Source: Auanema rhodensis
Taxonomy: Eukaryota; Animalia; Nematoda
Assembly: GCA_964057225.1 (NCBI GenBank)
Contig: OZ059900.1
Coordinates: 23,746,001-23,810,000, forward strand
DNA: 64,000 nucleotides
Direction: 5' to 3'
How positions within the stretch are numbered: the stretch's first letter is position 1; every line of letters begins with the position of its first letter. The notes under the pieces are model-generated. The model made no database searches, was not told the origin of the DNA, and saw nothing but the letters and a program-made list of their open reading frames with translations. The position numbers and the translations under genes were made by a program. Below, piece after piece: positions 29,501 to 44,200 of the stretch.

Positions 29501-30071
29501 GGAAATACTGTGTTTTTGTATTTTTCTAGTGTTCAGCATGTGAAATGCTTCATTTAAGTATGTAACACGCTGAAATTCGTTGCATTTGACGACTCATATG
29601 AACAAAAATCGTTTAAATCAATATTAGCCATAAGGGGCGTGCCCTCAGAATATGCTAATTTCCTTAATTTTCTAACCCCTGTTTTTTTGTCGTGAAAGTG
29701 GAACTAGACGTTGTACAAACAATTTTGAGCTAGGTTTCATTGACATTGCATGAGTTTGAACACATGAAATCGTAAGTCAAAACCTTGTTTACAGCGAAAT
29801 TTCCAAAAACTGTTTTTCCAGCATAATAAAATATTTCTCATGGGAAATACTGTGTTTTTGTACTTTTCTAGTGTTCAGCATGTAAAATGGTTCATTTTAG
29901 TATGTAACACGCTGAAATTCGTTGCATTTGACTACTCATATGAACAAAAATCGATTTAATCAATATTAGCCATAAGGGGCGTGCCCTCAGAATATGCTAA
30001 TTTCCTTAATTTTCTAACCCCTGTTTTTTTGTCGTGAAAGTGGAACTAAACGTTGTACAAACAATTTTGAG
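23574..30071 (+). repeat. Block duplication with 10-monomer (3420-bp) offset
   Basis: ORFs at 23684, 24026, 24710, 25052, 25736 recur at +3420. The rare pair E(T169A) then G(C161G, G320A) occurs at 25968/26310 and 29388/29730. Confidence 0.88.
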
Positions 30072-33000
30072 CTAGGTTTCATTGACATTGCATGAGTTTG
30101 AACACATGAAATCGTAAGTCAAAACCTTGTTTACAGCGAAATTTCCAAAAACTGGTTTTCCAGCATAATAAAATATTTCTCATGGGAAATACTGTGTTTT
30201 TGTATTTTTCTAGTGTTCAGCATGTAAAATACTTCATTTAAGTATGTAACACGCTGAAATTCGTTGCATTTGACGACTCATATGAACAAAAATCGATTTA
30301 ATCAATATTAGCCATAAGGGGCGTGCCCTCAGAATATGCTAATTTCCTTAATTTTCTAACCCCTGTTTTTTTGTCGTGAAAGTGGAACTAGACGTTGTAC
30401 AAACAATTTTGAGCTAGGTTTCATTGACATTGCATGAGTTTGAACACATGAAATCGTAAGTCAAAACCTTGTTTACAGCGAAATTTCCAAAAACTGGTTT
30501 TCCAGCATAATAAAATATTTCTCATGGGAAATACTGTGTTTTTGTATTTTTCTAGTGTTCAGCATGTAAAATACTTCATTTAAGTATGTAACACGCTAAA
30601 ATTCGTTGCATTTGACGACTCATATGAACAAAAATCGATTTAATCAATATTAGCCATAAGGGGCGTGCCCTCAGAATATGCTAATTTCCTAAATTTTCTA
30701 ACCCCTGTTTTTTTGTCGTGAAAGTGGAACTAGACGTTGTACAAACAATTTTGAGCTAGGTTTCATTGACATTGCATGAGTTTGAACACATGAAATCGTA
30801 AGTCAAAACCTTGTTTACAGCGAAATTTCCAAAAACTGGTTTTCCAGCATAATAAAATATTTCTCATGAGAAATACTGTGTTTTTGTATTTTTCTAGTGT
30901 TCAGCATGTAAAATGCTTCATTTTAGTATGTAACACGCTGAAATTCGTTGCATTTGACGACTCATATGAACAAAAATCGATTTAATCAATATTAGCCATA
31001 AGGGGCGTGCCCTCAGAATATGCTAATTTCCTTAATTTTCTAACCCCTGTTTTTTGTCGTGAAAGTGGAACTAAACGTTGTAGGAACAATTTTGAGCTAG
31101 GTTTCATTGACATTGCATGAGTTTGAACACATGAAATCGTAAGTCAAAACCTTGTTTACAGCGAAATTTCCAAAAACTGGTTTTCCAGCATAATAAAATA
31201 TTTCTCATGGGAAATACTGTGTTTTTGTGTTTTTCTAGTGTTCAGCATGTAAAATGCTTCATTTTGGTATGTAACACACTGAAATTCGTTGCATTTGACG
31301 ACTCATATGAACAAAAATCGATTTAATCAATATTAGCCATAAGGGGCGTGCCCTCAGAATATGCTAATTTCCTTAATTTTCTAACCCCTGTTTTTTTGTC
31401 GTGAAAGTGGAACTAGACGTTGTACAAACAATTTTGAGCTAGGTTTCATTGACATTGCATGAGTTTGAACACATGAAATCGTAAGTCAAAACCTTGTTTA
31501 CAGCGAAATTTCCAAAAACTGGTTTTCCAGCATAATAAAATATTTCTCATGAGAAATACTGTGTTTTTGTATTTTTCTAGTGTTCAGCATGTAAAATACT
31601 TCATTTTAGTATGTAACACGCTGAAATTCGTTGCATTTGACGACTCATATGAACAAAAATCGATTTAATCAATATTAGCCATAAGGGGCGTGCCCTCAGA
31701 ATATGCTAATTTCCTTAATTTTCTAACCCCTGTTTTTTGTCGTGAAAGTGGAACTAGACGTTGTAGGAACAATTTTGAGCTAGGTTTCATTGACATTGCA
31801 AGAGTTTGAACACATGAAATCGTAAGTCAAAACCTTGTTTACAGCGAAATTTCCAAAAACTGGTTTTCCAGCATAATAAAATATTTCTCATGGGAAAAAC
31901 TGTGTTTTTGTATTTTTCTAGTGTTCAGCATGTAAAATGCTTCATTTTAGTATGTAACACGCTGAAATTCGTTGCATTTGACGACTCATATGAACAAAAA
32001 TCGATTTAATCAATATTAGCCATAAGGGGCGTGCCCTCAGAATATGCTAATTTCCTTAATTTTCTAACCCCTGTTTTTTTGTCGTGAAAGTGGAACTAGA
32101 CGTTGTACAAACAATTTTGAGCTAGGTTTCATTGACATTGCATGAGTTTGAACATATGAAATCGTAAGTCAAAACCTTGTTTACAGCGAAATTTCCAAAA
32201 ACTGGTTTTCCAGCATAATAAAATATTTCTCATGGGAAATACTGTGTTTTTGTATTTTTTTAGTGTTCAGCATGTAAAATGCTTCATTTTAGTATGTAAC
32301 ACGCTGAAATTCGTTGCATTTGACGACTCATATGAACAAAAATCGATTTAATCAATATTAGCCATAAGGAGCGTGCCCTCAGAATATGCTAATTTCCTTA
32401 ATTTTCTAACCCCTGTTTTTTGTCGTGAAAGTGGAACTAGACGTTGTAGGAACAATTTTGAGCTAGGTTTCATTGACATTGCATGAGTTTGAACACATGA
32501 AATCGTAAGTCAAAACCTTGTTTACAGCGAAATTTCCAAAAACTGTTTTTCCAGCATAATAAAATATTTCTCATGGGAAATACTGTGTTTTTGTATTTTT
32601 CTAGTGTTCAGCATGTGAAATGCTTCATTTTAGTATGTAACACGCTGAAATTCGTTGCATTTGACGACTCATATGAACAAAAATCGTTTAAATCAATATT
32701 AGCCATAAGGGGCGTGCCCTCAGAATATGCTAATTTCCTTAATTTTCTAACCCCTGTTTTTTTGTCGTGAAAGTGGAACTAGACGTTGTACAAACAATTT
32801 TGAGCTAGGTTTCATTGACATTGCATGAGTTTGAACACATGAAATCGTAAGTCAAAACCTTGTTTACAGCGAAATTTCCAAAAACTGGTTTTCCAGCATA
32901 ATAAAATATTTCTCATGGGAAATACTGTGTTTTTGTATTTTTCTAGTGTTCAGCATGTGAAATGCTTCATTTTAGTATGTAACACGCTGAAATTCGTTGC

Positions 33001-36000
33001 ATTTGACGACTCATATGAACAAAAATCGTTTAAATCAATATTAGCCATAAGGGGCGTGCCCTCAGAATATGCTAATTTCCTTAATTTTCTAACCCCTGTT
33101 TTTTTGTCGTGAAAGTGGAACTAGACGTTGTACAAACAATTTTGAGCTAGGTTTCATTGACATTGCATGAGTTTGAACACATGAAATCGTAAGTCAAAAC
33201 CTTGTTTACAGCGAAATTTCCAAAAACTGTTTTTCCAGCATAATAAAATATTTCTCATGGGAAATACTGTGTTTTTGTACTTTTCTAGTGTTCAGCATGT
33301 AAAATGCTTCATTTTAGTATGTAACACGCTGAAATTCGTTGCATTTGACTACTCATATGAACAAAAATCGATTTAATCAATATTAGCCATAAGGGGCGTG
33401 CCCTCAGAATATGCTAATTTCCTTAATTTTCTAACCCCTGTTTTTTTGTCGTGAAAGTGGAACTAGACGTTGTACAAACAATTTTGAGCTAGGTTTCATT
33501 GACATTGCATGAGTTTGAACACATGAAATCGTAAGTCAAAACCTCGTTTACAGCGAAAATTCCAAAAACTGGTTTTCCAGCATAATAAAATATTTCTCAT
33601 GAGAAATACTGTGTTTTTGTATTTTTCTAGTGTTCAGCATGTAAAATGCTTCATTTTAGTATGTAACACGCTGAAATTCGTTGCATTTGACGACTCATAT
33701 GAACAAAAATCGTTTAAATCAATATTAGCCATAAGGGGCGTGCCCTCAGAATATGCTAATTTCCTTAATTTTCTAACCCCTGTTTTTTTGTCGTGAAAGT
33801 GGAACTAGACGTTGTACAAACAATTTTGAGCTAGGTTTCATTGACATTGCATGAGTTTGAACACATGAAATCGTAAGTCAAAACCTTGTTTACAGCGAAA
33901 TTTCCAAAAACTGGTTTTCCAGCATAATAAAATATTTCTCATGGGAAATACTGTGTTTTTGTATTTTTCTAGTGTTCAGCATGTGAAATGCTTCATTAAG
34001 TATGTAACACGCTGAAATTCGTTGCATTTGACGACTCATATGAACAAAAATCGTTTAAATCAATATTAGCCATAAGGGGCGTGCCCTCAGAATATGCTAA
34101 TTTCCTTAATTTTCTAACCCCTGTTTTTTTGTCGTGAAAGTGGAACTAGACGTTGTACAAACAATTTTGAGCTAGGTTTCATTGACATTGCATGAGTTTG
34201 AACACATGAAATCGTAAGTCAAAACCTTGTTTACAGCGAAATTTCCAAAAACTGTTTTTCCAGCATAATAAAATATTTCTCATGGGAAATACTGTGTTTT
34301 TGTACTTTTCTAGTGTTCAGCATGTAAAATGGTTCATTTTAGTATGTAACACGCTGAAATTCGTTGCATTTGACTACTCATATGAACAAAAATCGATTTA
34401 ATCAATATTAGCCATAAGGGGCGTGCCCTCAGAATATGCTAATTTCCTTAATTTTCTAACCCCTGTTTTTTTGTCGTGAAAGTGGAACTAAACGTTGTAC
34501 AAACAATTTTGAGCTAGGTTTCATTGACATTGCATGAGTTTGAACACATTAAATCGTAAGTCAAAACCTTGTTTACAGCGAAATTTCCAAAAACTGGTTT
34601 TCCAGCATAATAAAATATTTCTCATGGGAAATACTGTGTTTTTGTATTTTTCTAGTGTTCAGCATGTAAAATACTTCATTTAAGTATGTAACACGCTGAA
34701 ATTCGTTGCATTTGACGACTCATATGAACAAAAATCGATTTAATCAATATTAGCCATAAGGGGCGTGCCCTCAGAATATGCTAATTTCCTTAATTTTCTA
34801 ACCCCTGTTTTTTTGTCGTGAAAGTGGAACTAGACGTTGTACAAACAATTTTGAGCTAGGTTTCATTGACATTGCATGAGTTTGAACACATGAAATCGTA
34901 AGTCAAAACCTTGTTTACAGCGAAATTTCCAAAAACTGGTTTTCCAGCATAATAAAATATTTCTCATGGGAAATACTGTGTTTTTGTATTTTTCTAGTGT
35001 TCAGCATGTAAAATACTTCATTTAAGTATGTAACACGCTAAAATTCGTTGCATTTGACGACTCATATGAACAAAAATCGATTTAATCAATATTAGCCATA
35101 AGGGGCGTGCCCTCAGAATATGCTAATTTCCTAAATTTTCTAACCCCTGTTTTTTTGTCGTGAAAGTGGAACTAGACGTTGTACAAACAATTTTGAGCTA
35201 GGTTTCATTGACATTGCATGAGTTTGAACACATGAAATCGTAAGTCAAAACCTTGTTTACAGCGAAATTTCCAAAAACTGGTTTTCCAGCATAATAAAAT
35301 ATTTCTCATGAGAAATACTGTGTTTTTGTATTTTTCTAGTGTTCAGCATGTAAAATGCTTCATTTTAGTATGTAACACGCTGAAATTCGTTGCATTTGAC
35401 GACTCATATGAACAAAAATCGATTTAATCAATATTAGCCATAAGGGGCGTGCCCTCAGAATATGCTAATTTCCTTAATTTTCTAACCCCTGTTTTTTGTC
35501 GTGAAAGTGGAACTAAACGTTGTAGGAACAATTTTGAGCTAGGTTTCATTGACATTGCATGAGTTTGAACACATGAAATCGTAAGTCAAAACCTTGTTTA
35601 CAGCGAAATTTCCAAAAACTGGTTTTCCAGCATAATAAAATATTTCTCATGGGAAATACTGTGTTTTTGTGTTTTTCTAGTGTTCAGCATGTAAAATGCT
35701 TCATTTTGGTATGTAACACACTGAAATTCGTTGCATTTGACGACTCATATGAACAAAAATCGATTTAATCAATATTAGCCATAAGGGGCGTGCCCTCAGA
35801 ATATGCTAATTTCCTTAATTTTCTAACCCCTGTTTTTTTGTCGTGAAAGTGGAACTAGACGTTGTACAAACAATTTTGAGCTAGGTTTCATTGACATTGC
35901 ATGAGTTTGAACACATGAAATCGTAAGTCAAAACCTTGTTTACAGCGAAATTTCCAAAAACTGGTTTTCCAGCATAATAAAATATTTCTCATGAGAAATA

Positions 36001-38271
36001 CTGTGTTTTTGTATTTTTCTAGTGTTCAGCATGTAAAATACTTCATTTTAGTATGTAACACGCTGAAATTCGTTGCATTTGACGACTCATATGAACAAAA
36101 ATCGATTTAATCAATATTAGCCATAAGGGGCGTGCCCTCAGAATATGCTAATTTCCTTAATTTTCTAACCCCTGTTTTTTTGTCGTGAAAGTGGAACTAG
36201 ACGTTGTACAAACAATTTTGAGCTAGGTTTCATTGACATTGCATGAGTTTGAACACATGAAATCGTAAGTCAAAACCTTGTTTACAGCGAAATTTCCAAA
36301 AACTGGTTTTCCAGCATAATAAAATATTTCTCATGGGAAATACTGTGTTTTTGTATTTTTCTAGTGTTCAGCATGTAAAATACTTCATTTAAGTATGTAA
36401 CACGCTAAAATTCGTTGCATTTGACGACTCATATGAACAAAAATCGATTTAATCAATATTAGCCATAAGGGGCGTGCCCTCAGAATATGCTAATTTCCTA
36501 AATTTTCTAACCCCTGTTTTTTTGTCGTGAAAGTGGAACTAGACGTTGTACAAACAATTTTGAGCTAGGTTTCATTGACATTGCATGAGTTTGAACACAT
36601 GAAATCGTAAGTCAAAACCTTGTTTACAGCGAAATTTCCAAAAACTGGTTTTCCAGCATAATAAAATATTTCTCATGAGAAATACTGTGTTTTTGTATTT
36701 TTCTAGTGTTCAGCATGTAAAATGCTTCATTTTAGTATGTAACACGCTGAAATTCGTTGCATTTGACGACTCATATGAACAAAAATCGATTTAATCAATA
36801 TTAGCCATAAGGGGCGTGCCCTCAGAATATGCTAATTTCCTTAATTTTCTAACCCCTGTTTTTTGTCGTGAAAGTGGAACTAAACGTTGTAGGAACAATT
36901 TTGAGCTAGGTTTCATTGACATTGCATGAGTTTGAACACATGAAATCGTAAGTCAAAACCTTGTTTACAGCGAAATTTCCAAAAACTGGTTTTCCAGCAT
37001 AATAAAATATTTCTCATGGGAAATACTGTGTTTTTGTGTTTTTCTAGTGTTCAGCATGTAAAATGCTTCATTTTGGTATGTAACACACTGAAATTCGTTG
37101 CATTTGACGACTCATATGAACAAAAATCGATTTAATCAATATTAGCCATAAGGGGCGTGCCCTCAGAATATGCTAATTTCCTTAATTTTCTAACCCCTGT
37201 TTTTTTGTCGTGAAAGTGGAACTAGACGTTGTACAAACAATTTTGAGCTAGGTTTCATTGACATTGCATGAGTTTGAACACATGAAATCGTAAGTCAAAA
37301 CCTTGTTTACAGCGAAATTTCCAAAAACTGGTTTTCCAGCATAATAAAATATTTCTCATGAGAAATACTGTGTTTTTGTATTTTTCTAGTGTTCAGCATG
37401 TAAAATACTTCATTTTAGTATGTAACACGCTGAAATTCGTTGCATTTGACGACTCATATGAACAAAAATCGATTTAATCAATATTAGCCATAAGGGGCGT
37501 GCCCTCAGAATATGCTAATTTCCTTAATTTTCTAACCCCTGTTTTTTGTCGTGAAAGTGGAACTAGACGTTGTAGGAACAATTTTGAGCTAGGTTTCATT
37601 GACATTGCAAGAGTTTGAACACATGAAATCGTAAGTCAAAACCTTGTTTACAGCGAAATTTCCAAAAACTGGTTTTCCAGCATAATAAAATATTTCTCAT
37701 GGGAAAAACTGTGTTTTTGTATTTTTCTAGTGTTCAGCATGTAAAATGCTTCATTTTAGTATGTAACACGCTGAAATTCGTTGCATTTGACGACTCATAT
37801 GAACAAAAATCGATTTAATCAATATTAGCCATAAGGGGCGTGCCCTCAGAATATGCTAATTTCCTTAATTTTCTAACCCCTGTTTTTTTGTCGTGAAAGT
37901 GGAACTAGACGTTGTACAAACAATTTTGAGCTAGGTTTCATTGACATTGCATGAGTTTGAACATATGAAATCGTAAGTCAAAACCTTGTTTACAGCGAAA
38001 TTTCCAAAAACTGGTTTTCCAGCATAATAAAATATTTCTCATGGGAAATACTGTGTTTTTGTATTTTTTTAGTGTTCAGCATGTAAAATGCTTCATTTTA
38101 GTATGTAACACGCTGAAATTCGTTGCATTTGACGACTCATATGAACAAAAATCGATTTAATCAATATTAGCCATAAGGAGCGTGCCCTCAGAATATGCTA
38201 ATTTCCTTAATTTTCTAACCCCTGTTTTTTGTCGTGAAAGTGGAACTAGACGTTGTAGGAACAATTTTGAG
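28362..38271 (+). repeat. 13-monomer (~4443-bp) duplication spanning the domain 2/3 boundary, with a nested 4-monomer (1367-bp) duplication
   Basis: ORFs 28472 to 32915 and 29156 to 33599 are offset by 4443. The A133G/A170G/G182A monomer is at 31097, 35539, 36906; T22A at 31780 and 37589; C34T/C139T/G249A at 32122 and 37931. Confidence 0.85.
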
Positions 38272-41200
38272 CTAGGTTTCATTGACATTGCATGAGTTTG
38301 AACACATGAAATCGTAAGTCAAAACCTTGTTTACAACGAAATTTCCAAAAACTGGTTTTCCAGCATAATAAAATATTTCTCTTGGGAAATACTGTGTTTT
38401 TGTATTTTTCTAGTGTTCAGCATGTAAAATACTTCATTTAAGTATGTAACACGCTGAAATTCGTTGCATTTGACGACTCATATGAACAAAAATCGATTTA
38501 ATCAATATTAGCCATAAGGGGCGTGCCCTCAGAATATGCTAATTTCCTAAATTTTCTAACCCCTGTTTTTTTGTCGTGAAAGTGGAACTAGACGTTGTAC
38601 GAACAATTTTGAGCTAGGTTTCATTGACATTGCATGAGTTTGAACACATGAAATCGTATATCAAACCTTGTTTACAGCGAAATTTCCAAAAACTGGTTTT
38701 CCAGCATAATAAAATATTTCTCATGGGAAATACTGTGTTTTTGTATTTTTCTAGTGTTCAGCATGTAAAATGCTTCATTTTAGTATGTAACACGCTGAAA
38801 TTCGTTGCATTTGACTACTCATATGAACAAAAATCGATTTAATCAATATTAGCCATAAGGGGCGTGCCCTCAGAATATGCTAATTTCCTTAATTTTCTAA
38901 CCCTTGTTTTTTTGTCGTGAAAGTGGAACTAGACAATGTACAAACAATTTTGAGCTAGGTTTCATTGACATTGCATGAGTTTGAACACATGAAATCGTAA
39001 GTCAAAACCTTGTTTACAGCGAAATTTCCAAAAACTGGTTTTCCAGCATAATAAAATATTTCTCATGAGAAATACTGTGTTTTTGTATTTTTCTAGTGTT
39101 CAGCATGTAAAATGCTTCATTTTAGTATGTAACACGCTGAAATTCGTTGCATTTGACGACTCATATGAACAAAAATCGATTTAATCAATATTAGCCATAA
39201 GGAGCGTGCCCTCAGAATATGCTAATTTCCTTAATTTTCTAACCCCTGTTTTTTGTCGTGAAAGTGGAACTAGACGTTGTAGGAACAATTTTGAGCTAGG
39301 TTTCATTGACATTGCATGAGTTTGAACACATGAAATCGTAAGTCAAAACCTTGTTTACAGCGAAATTTCCAAAAACTGGTTTTCCAGCATAATAAAATAT
39401 TTCTCTTGGGAAATACTGTGTTTTTGTATTTTTCTAGTGTTCAGCATGTAAAATACTTCATTTAAGTATGTAACACGCTGAAATTCGTTGCATTTGACGA
39501 CTCATATGAACAAAAATCGATTTAATCAATATTAGCCATAAGGGGCGTGCCCTCAGAATATGCTAATTTCCTAAATTTTCTAACCCCTGTTTTTTTGTCG
39601 TGAAAGTGGAACTAGACGTTGTACGAACAATTTTGAGCTAGGTTTCATTGACATTGCATGAGTTTGAACACATGAAATCGTATATCAAACCTTGTTTACA
39701 GCGAAATTTCCAAAAACTGGTTTTCCAGCATAATAAAATATTTCTCATGGGAAATACTGTGTTTTTGTATTTTTCTAGTGTTCAGCATGTAAAATGCTTC
39801 ATTTTAGTATGTAACACGCTGAAATTCGTTGCATTTGACTACTCATATGAACAAAAATCGATTTAATCAATATTAGCCATAAGGGGCGTGCCCTCAGAAT
39901 ATGCTAATTTCCTTAATTTTCTAACCCTTGTTTTTTTGTCGTGAAAGTGGAACTAGACGTTGTACAAACAATTTTGAGCTAGGTTTCATTGACATTGCAT
40001 GAGTTTGAACACATGAAATCGTAAGTCAAAACCTTGTTTACAGCGAAATTTCCAAAAACTGGTTTTCCAGCATAATAAAATATTTCTCATGGGAAATACT
40101 GTAGTTTTGTATTTTTCTAGTGTTCAGCATGTAAAATGCTTCATTTTAGTTTGTAACACGCTGAAATTCGTTGCATTTGACGACTGATATGAACAAAAAT
40201 CGATTTAATCAATATTAGCCATAAGGGGCGTGCCCTCAGAATATGCTAATTTCCTTAATTTTCTAACCCCTGTTTTTTTGTCGTGAAAGTGGAACTAGAC
40301 GTTGTACAAACAATTTTGAGCTAGGTTTCATTGACATTGCATGAGTTTGAACACATGAAATCGTAAGTCAAAACCTTGTTTACAGCGAAATTTCCAAAAA
40401 CTGGTTTTCCAGCATAATAAAATATTTCTCATGAGAAATACTGTGTTTTTGTATTTTTCTAGTGTTCAGCATGTAAAATGCTTCATTTTAGTATGTAACA
40501 CGCTGAAATTCGTTGCATTTGACGACTCATATGAACAAAAATCGATTTAATCAATATTAGCCATAAGGGGCGTTCCCTCAGAATATGCTAATTTCCTTAA
40601 TTTTCTAACACCCTGTTTTTTTGTCGTGAAAGAGGAACTAGACGTTGTACAAACAATTTTGAGCTAGGTTTCATTGACATTGCATGAGTTTGAACACATG
40701 AAATCGTAAGTCAAAACCTTGTTTACAGCGAAATTTCCAAAAACTGGTTTTCCAGCATAATAAAATATTTCTCATGAGAAATACTGTGGTTTTGTATTTT
40801 TCTAGTGTTCAGCATGTAAAATGCTTCATTTTAGTATGTAACACGCTGAAATTCGTGGCATTTGACGACTCATATGAACAAAAATCGATTTAATCAATAT
40901 TAGCCATAAGGAGCGTGCCCTCAGAATATGCTAATTTCCTTAATTTTCTAACCCCTGTTTTTTTGTCGTGAAAGTGGAACTAGACGTTGTACAAACAATT
41001 TTGAGCTAGGTTTCATTGACATTGCATGAGTTTGAACACATGAAATCGTAAGTCAAAACCTTGTTTACAGCGAAATTTCCAAAAACTGGTTTTCCAGCAT
41101 AATAAAATATTTCTCATGGAAAAAACTGTGTTTTTGTATTTTTCTAGTGTTCAGCATGTAAAATGCTTCATTTTAGTATGTAACACGCTGAAATTCGTTG

Positions 41201-44200
41201 CATTTGACTACTCATATGAACAAAAATCGATTTAATCAATATTAGCCATAAGGGGCGTGCCCTCAGAATATGCTAATTTCCTTAATTTTCTAACCCCTGT
41301 TTTTTTGTCGTGAAAGTGGAACTAGACGTTGTACAAACAATTTTGAGCTAGGTTTCATTGACATTGCATGAGTTTGAACACATGAAATCGTAAGTCAAAA
41401 CCTTGTTTACAGCGAAATTTCCAAAAACTGGTTTTCCAGCATAATAAAATATTTCTCATGAGAAATACTGTGTTTTTGTATTTTTCTAGTGTTCAGCATG
41501 TAAAATGCTTCATTTTAGTATGTAACACGCTGAAATTCGTTGCATTTGACGACTCATATGAACAAAAATCGATTTAATCAATATTAGCCATAAGGGGCGT
41601 GCCCTCAGAATATGCTAATTTCCTTAATTTTCTAACCCTTGTATTTTTGTCGTGAAAGTGGAACTAGACGTTGTACAAACAATTTTGAGCTAGGTTTCAT
41701 TGACATTGCATGAGTTTGAACACATGAAATCGTAAGTCAAAACCTTGTTTACAGCGAAATTTCCAAAAACTGGTTTTCCAGCATAATAAAATATTTCTCA
41801 TGGGAAAAACTGTGTTTTTGTATTTTTCTAGTGTTCAGCATGTAAAATGCTTCATTTTAGTATGTAACACGCTGAAATTCGTTGCATTTGACGACTCATA
41901 TGAACAAAAATCGATTTAATCAATATTAGCCATAAGGGGCGTGCCCTCAGAATATGCTAATTTCCTTAATTTTCTAACCCCTGTTTTTTTGTCGTGAAAG
42001 TGGAACTAGACGTTGTACAAACAATTTTGAGCTAGGTTTCATTGACATTGCATGAGTTTGAACACATGAAATCGTATATCAAACCTTGTTTACAGCGAAA
42101 TTTCCAAAAACTGGTTTTCCAGCATAATAAAATATTTCTCATGGGAAATACTGTGTTTTTGTATTTTTCTAGTGTTCAGCATGTAAAATGCTTCATTTTA
42201 GTATGTAACACGCTGAAATTCGTTGCATTTGACTACTCATATGAACAAAAATCGATTTAATCAATATTAGCCATAAGGGGCGTGCCCTCAGAATATGCTA
42301 ATTTCCTTAATTTTCTAACCCTTGTTTTTTTGTCGTGAAAGTGGAACTAGACGTTGTACAAACAATTTTGAGCTAGGTTTCATTGACATTGCATGAGTTT
42401 GAACACATGAAATCGTAAGTCAAAACCTTGTTTACAGCGAAATTTCCAAAAACTGGTTTTCCAGCATAATAAAATATTTCTCATGGGAAATACTGTAGTT
42501 TTGTATTTTTCTAGTGTTCAGCATGTAAAATGTTTCATTTTAGTTTGTAACACGCTGAAATTCGTTGCATTTGACGACTGATATGAACAAAAATCGATTT
42601 AATCAATATTAGCCATAAGGGGCGTGCCCTCAGAATATGCTAATTTCCTTAATTTTCTAACCCCTGTTTTTTTGTCGTGAAAGTGGAACTAGACGTTGTA
42701 CAAACAATTTTGAGCTAGGTTTCATTGACATTGCATGAGTTTGAACACATGAAATCGTAAGTCAAAACCTTGTTTACAGCGAAATTTCCAAAAACTGGTT
42801 TTCCAGCATAATAAAATATTTCTCATGAGAAATACTGTGTTTTTGTATTTTTCTAGTGTTCAGCATGTAAAATGCTTCATTTTAGTATGTAACACGCTGA
42901 AATTCGTTGCATTTGACGACTCATATGAACAAAAATCGATTTAATCAATATTAGCCATAAGGGGCGTTCCCTCAGAATATGCTAATTTCCTTAAGTTTCT
43001 AACACCCTGTTTTTTTGTCGTGAAAGAGGAACTAGACGTTGTACAAACAATTTTGAGCTAGGTTTCATTGACATTGCATGAGTTTGAACACATGAAATCG
43101 TAAGTCAAAACCTTGTTTACAGCGAAATTTCCAAAAACTGGTTTTCCAGCATAATAAAATATTTCTCATGAGAAATACTGTGGTTTTGTATTTTTCTAGT
43201 GTTCAGCATGTAAAATGCTTCATTTTAGTATGTAACACGCTGAAATTCGTGGCATTTGACGATTCATATGAACAAAAATCGATTTAATCAATATTAGCCA
43301 TAAGGAGCGTGCCCTCAGAATATGCTAATTTCCTTAATTTTCTAACCCCTGTTTTTTTGTCGTGAAAGTGGAACTAGACGTTGTACAAACAATTTTGAGC
43401 TAGGTTTCATTGACATTGCATGAGTTTGAACACATGAAATCGTAAGTCAAAACCTTGTTTACAGCGAAATTTCCAAAAACTGGTTTTCCAGCATAATAAA
43501 ATATTTCTCATGGAAAAAACTGTGTTTTTGTATTTTTCTAGTGTTCAGCATGTAAAATGCTTCATTTTAGTATGTAACACGCTGAAATTCGTTGCATTTG
43601 ACTACTCATATGAACAAAAATCGATTTAATCAATATTAGCCATAAGGGGCGTGCCCTCAGAATATGCTAATTTCCTTAATTTTCTAACCCCTGTTTTTTT
43701 GTCGTGAAAGTGGAACTAGACGTTGTACAAACAATTTTGAGCTAGGTTTCATTGACATTGCATGAGTTTGAACACATGAAATCGTAAGTCAAAACCTTGT
43801 TTACAGCGAAATTTCCAAAAACTGGTTTTCCAGCATAATAAAATATTTCTCATGAGAAATACTGTGTTTTTGTATTTTTCTAGTGTTCAGCATGTAAAAT
43901 GCTTCATTTTAGTATGTAACACGCTGAAATTCGTTGCATTTGACGACTCATATGAACAAAAATCGATTTAATCAATATTAGCCATAAGGGGCGTGCCCTC
44001 AGAATATGCTAATTTCCTTAATTTTCTAACCCTTGTTTTTTTGTCGTGAAAGTGGAACTAGACGTTGTACAAACAATTTTGAGCTAGGTTTCATTGACAT
44101 TGCATGAGTTTGAACACATGAAATCGTAAGTCAAAACCTTGTTTACAGCGAAATTTCCAAAAACTGGTTTTCCAGCATAATAAAATATTTCTCATGGGAA

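Larger units (their letters stand above)
13667..30071 (+). repeat. Satellite domain 2: 6-mer A-B-C-D-E-F grading into 3-mer D-E-G (1026 bp)
   Basis: Types: A (T119A, T130C), B (G160A, T169G, T278A, AAGA), C (A deletion near 53, A155G, G204T), D (T57C, T71A, G114A, CGTTTAAA), E (A53T, A155G, CGTTTAAA), F (G84T, T134C, T235A, C242T), G (G84T, T134C, G204T). D monomers start at 23574, 24600, 25626 and at 26994, 28020, 29046. Confidence 0.85.

Noticed and set aside
14801-33796. 24 near-identical 65-aa ORFs (MRNTVF.../MGNTVF...)
   Set aside because: They exist only where the CGATTTAA to CGTTTAAA variant removes a TAA at monomer 228-230, and are closed again by T169A (25968, 29388). They have no recognisable domain, a low-complexity F/L/K-rich composition and no gene context.
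38624-42260. Three 72-aa ORFs starting at TTG
   Set aside because: Created by the CGTATATC variant plus a 1-bp deletion that removes a stop and joins frames. This is a satellite by-product.
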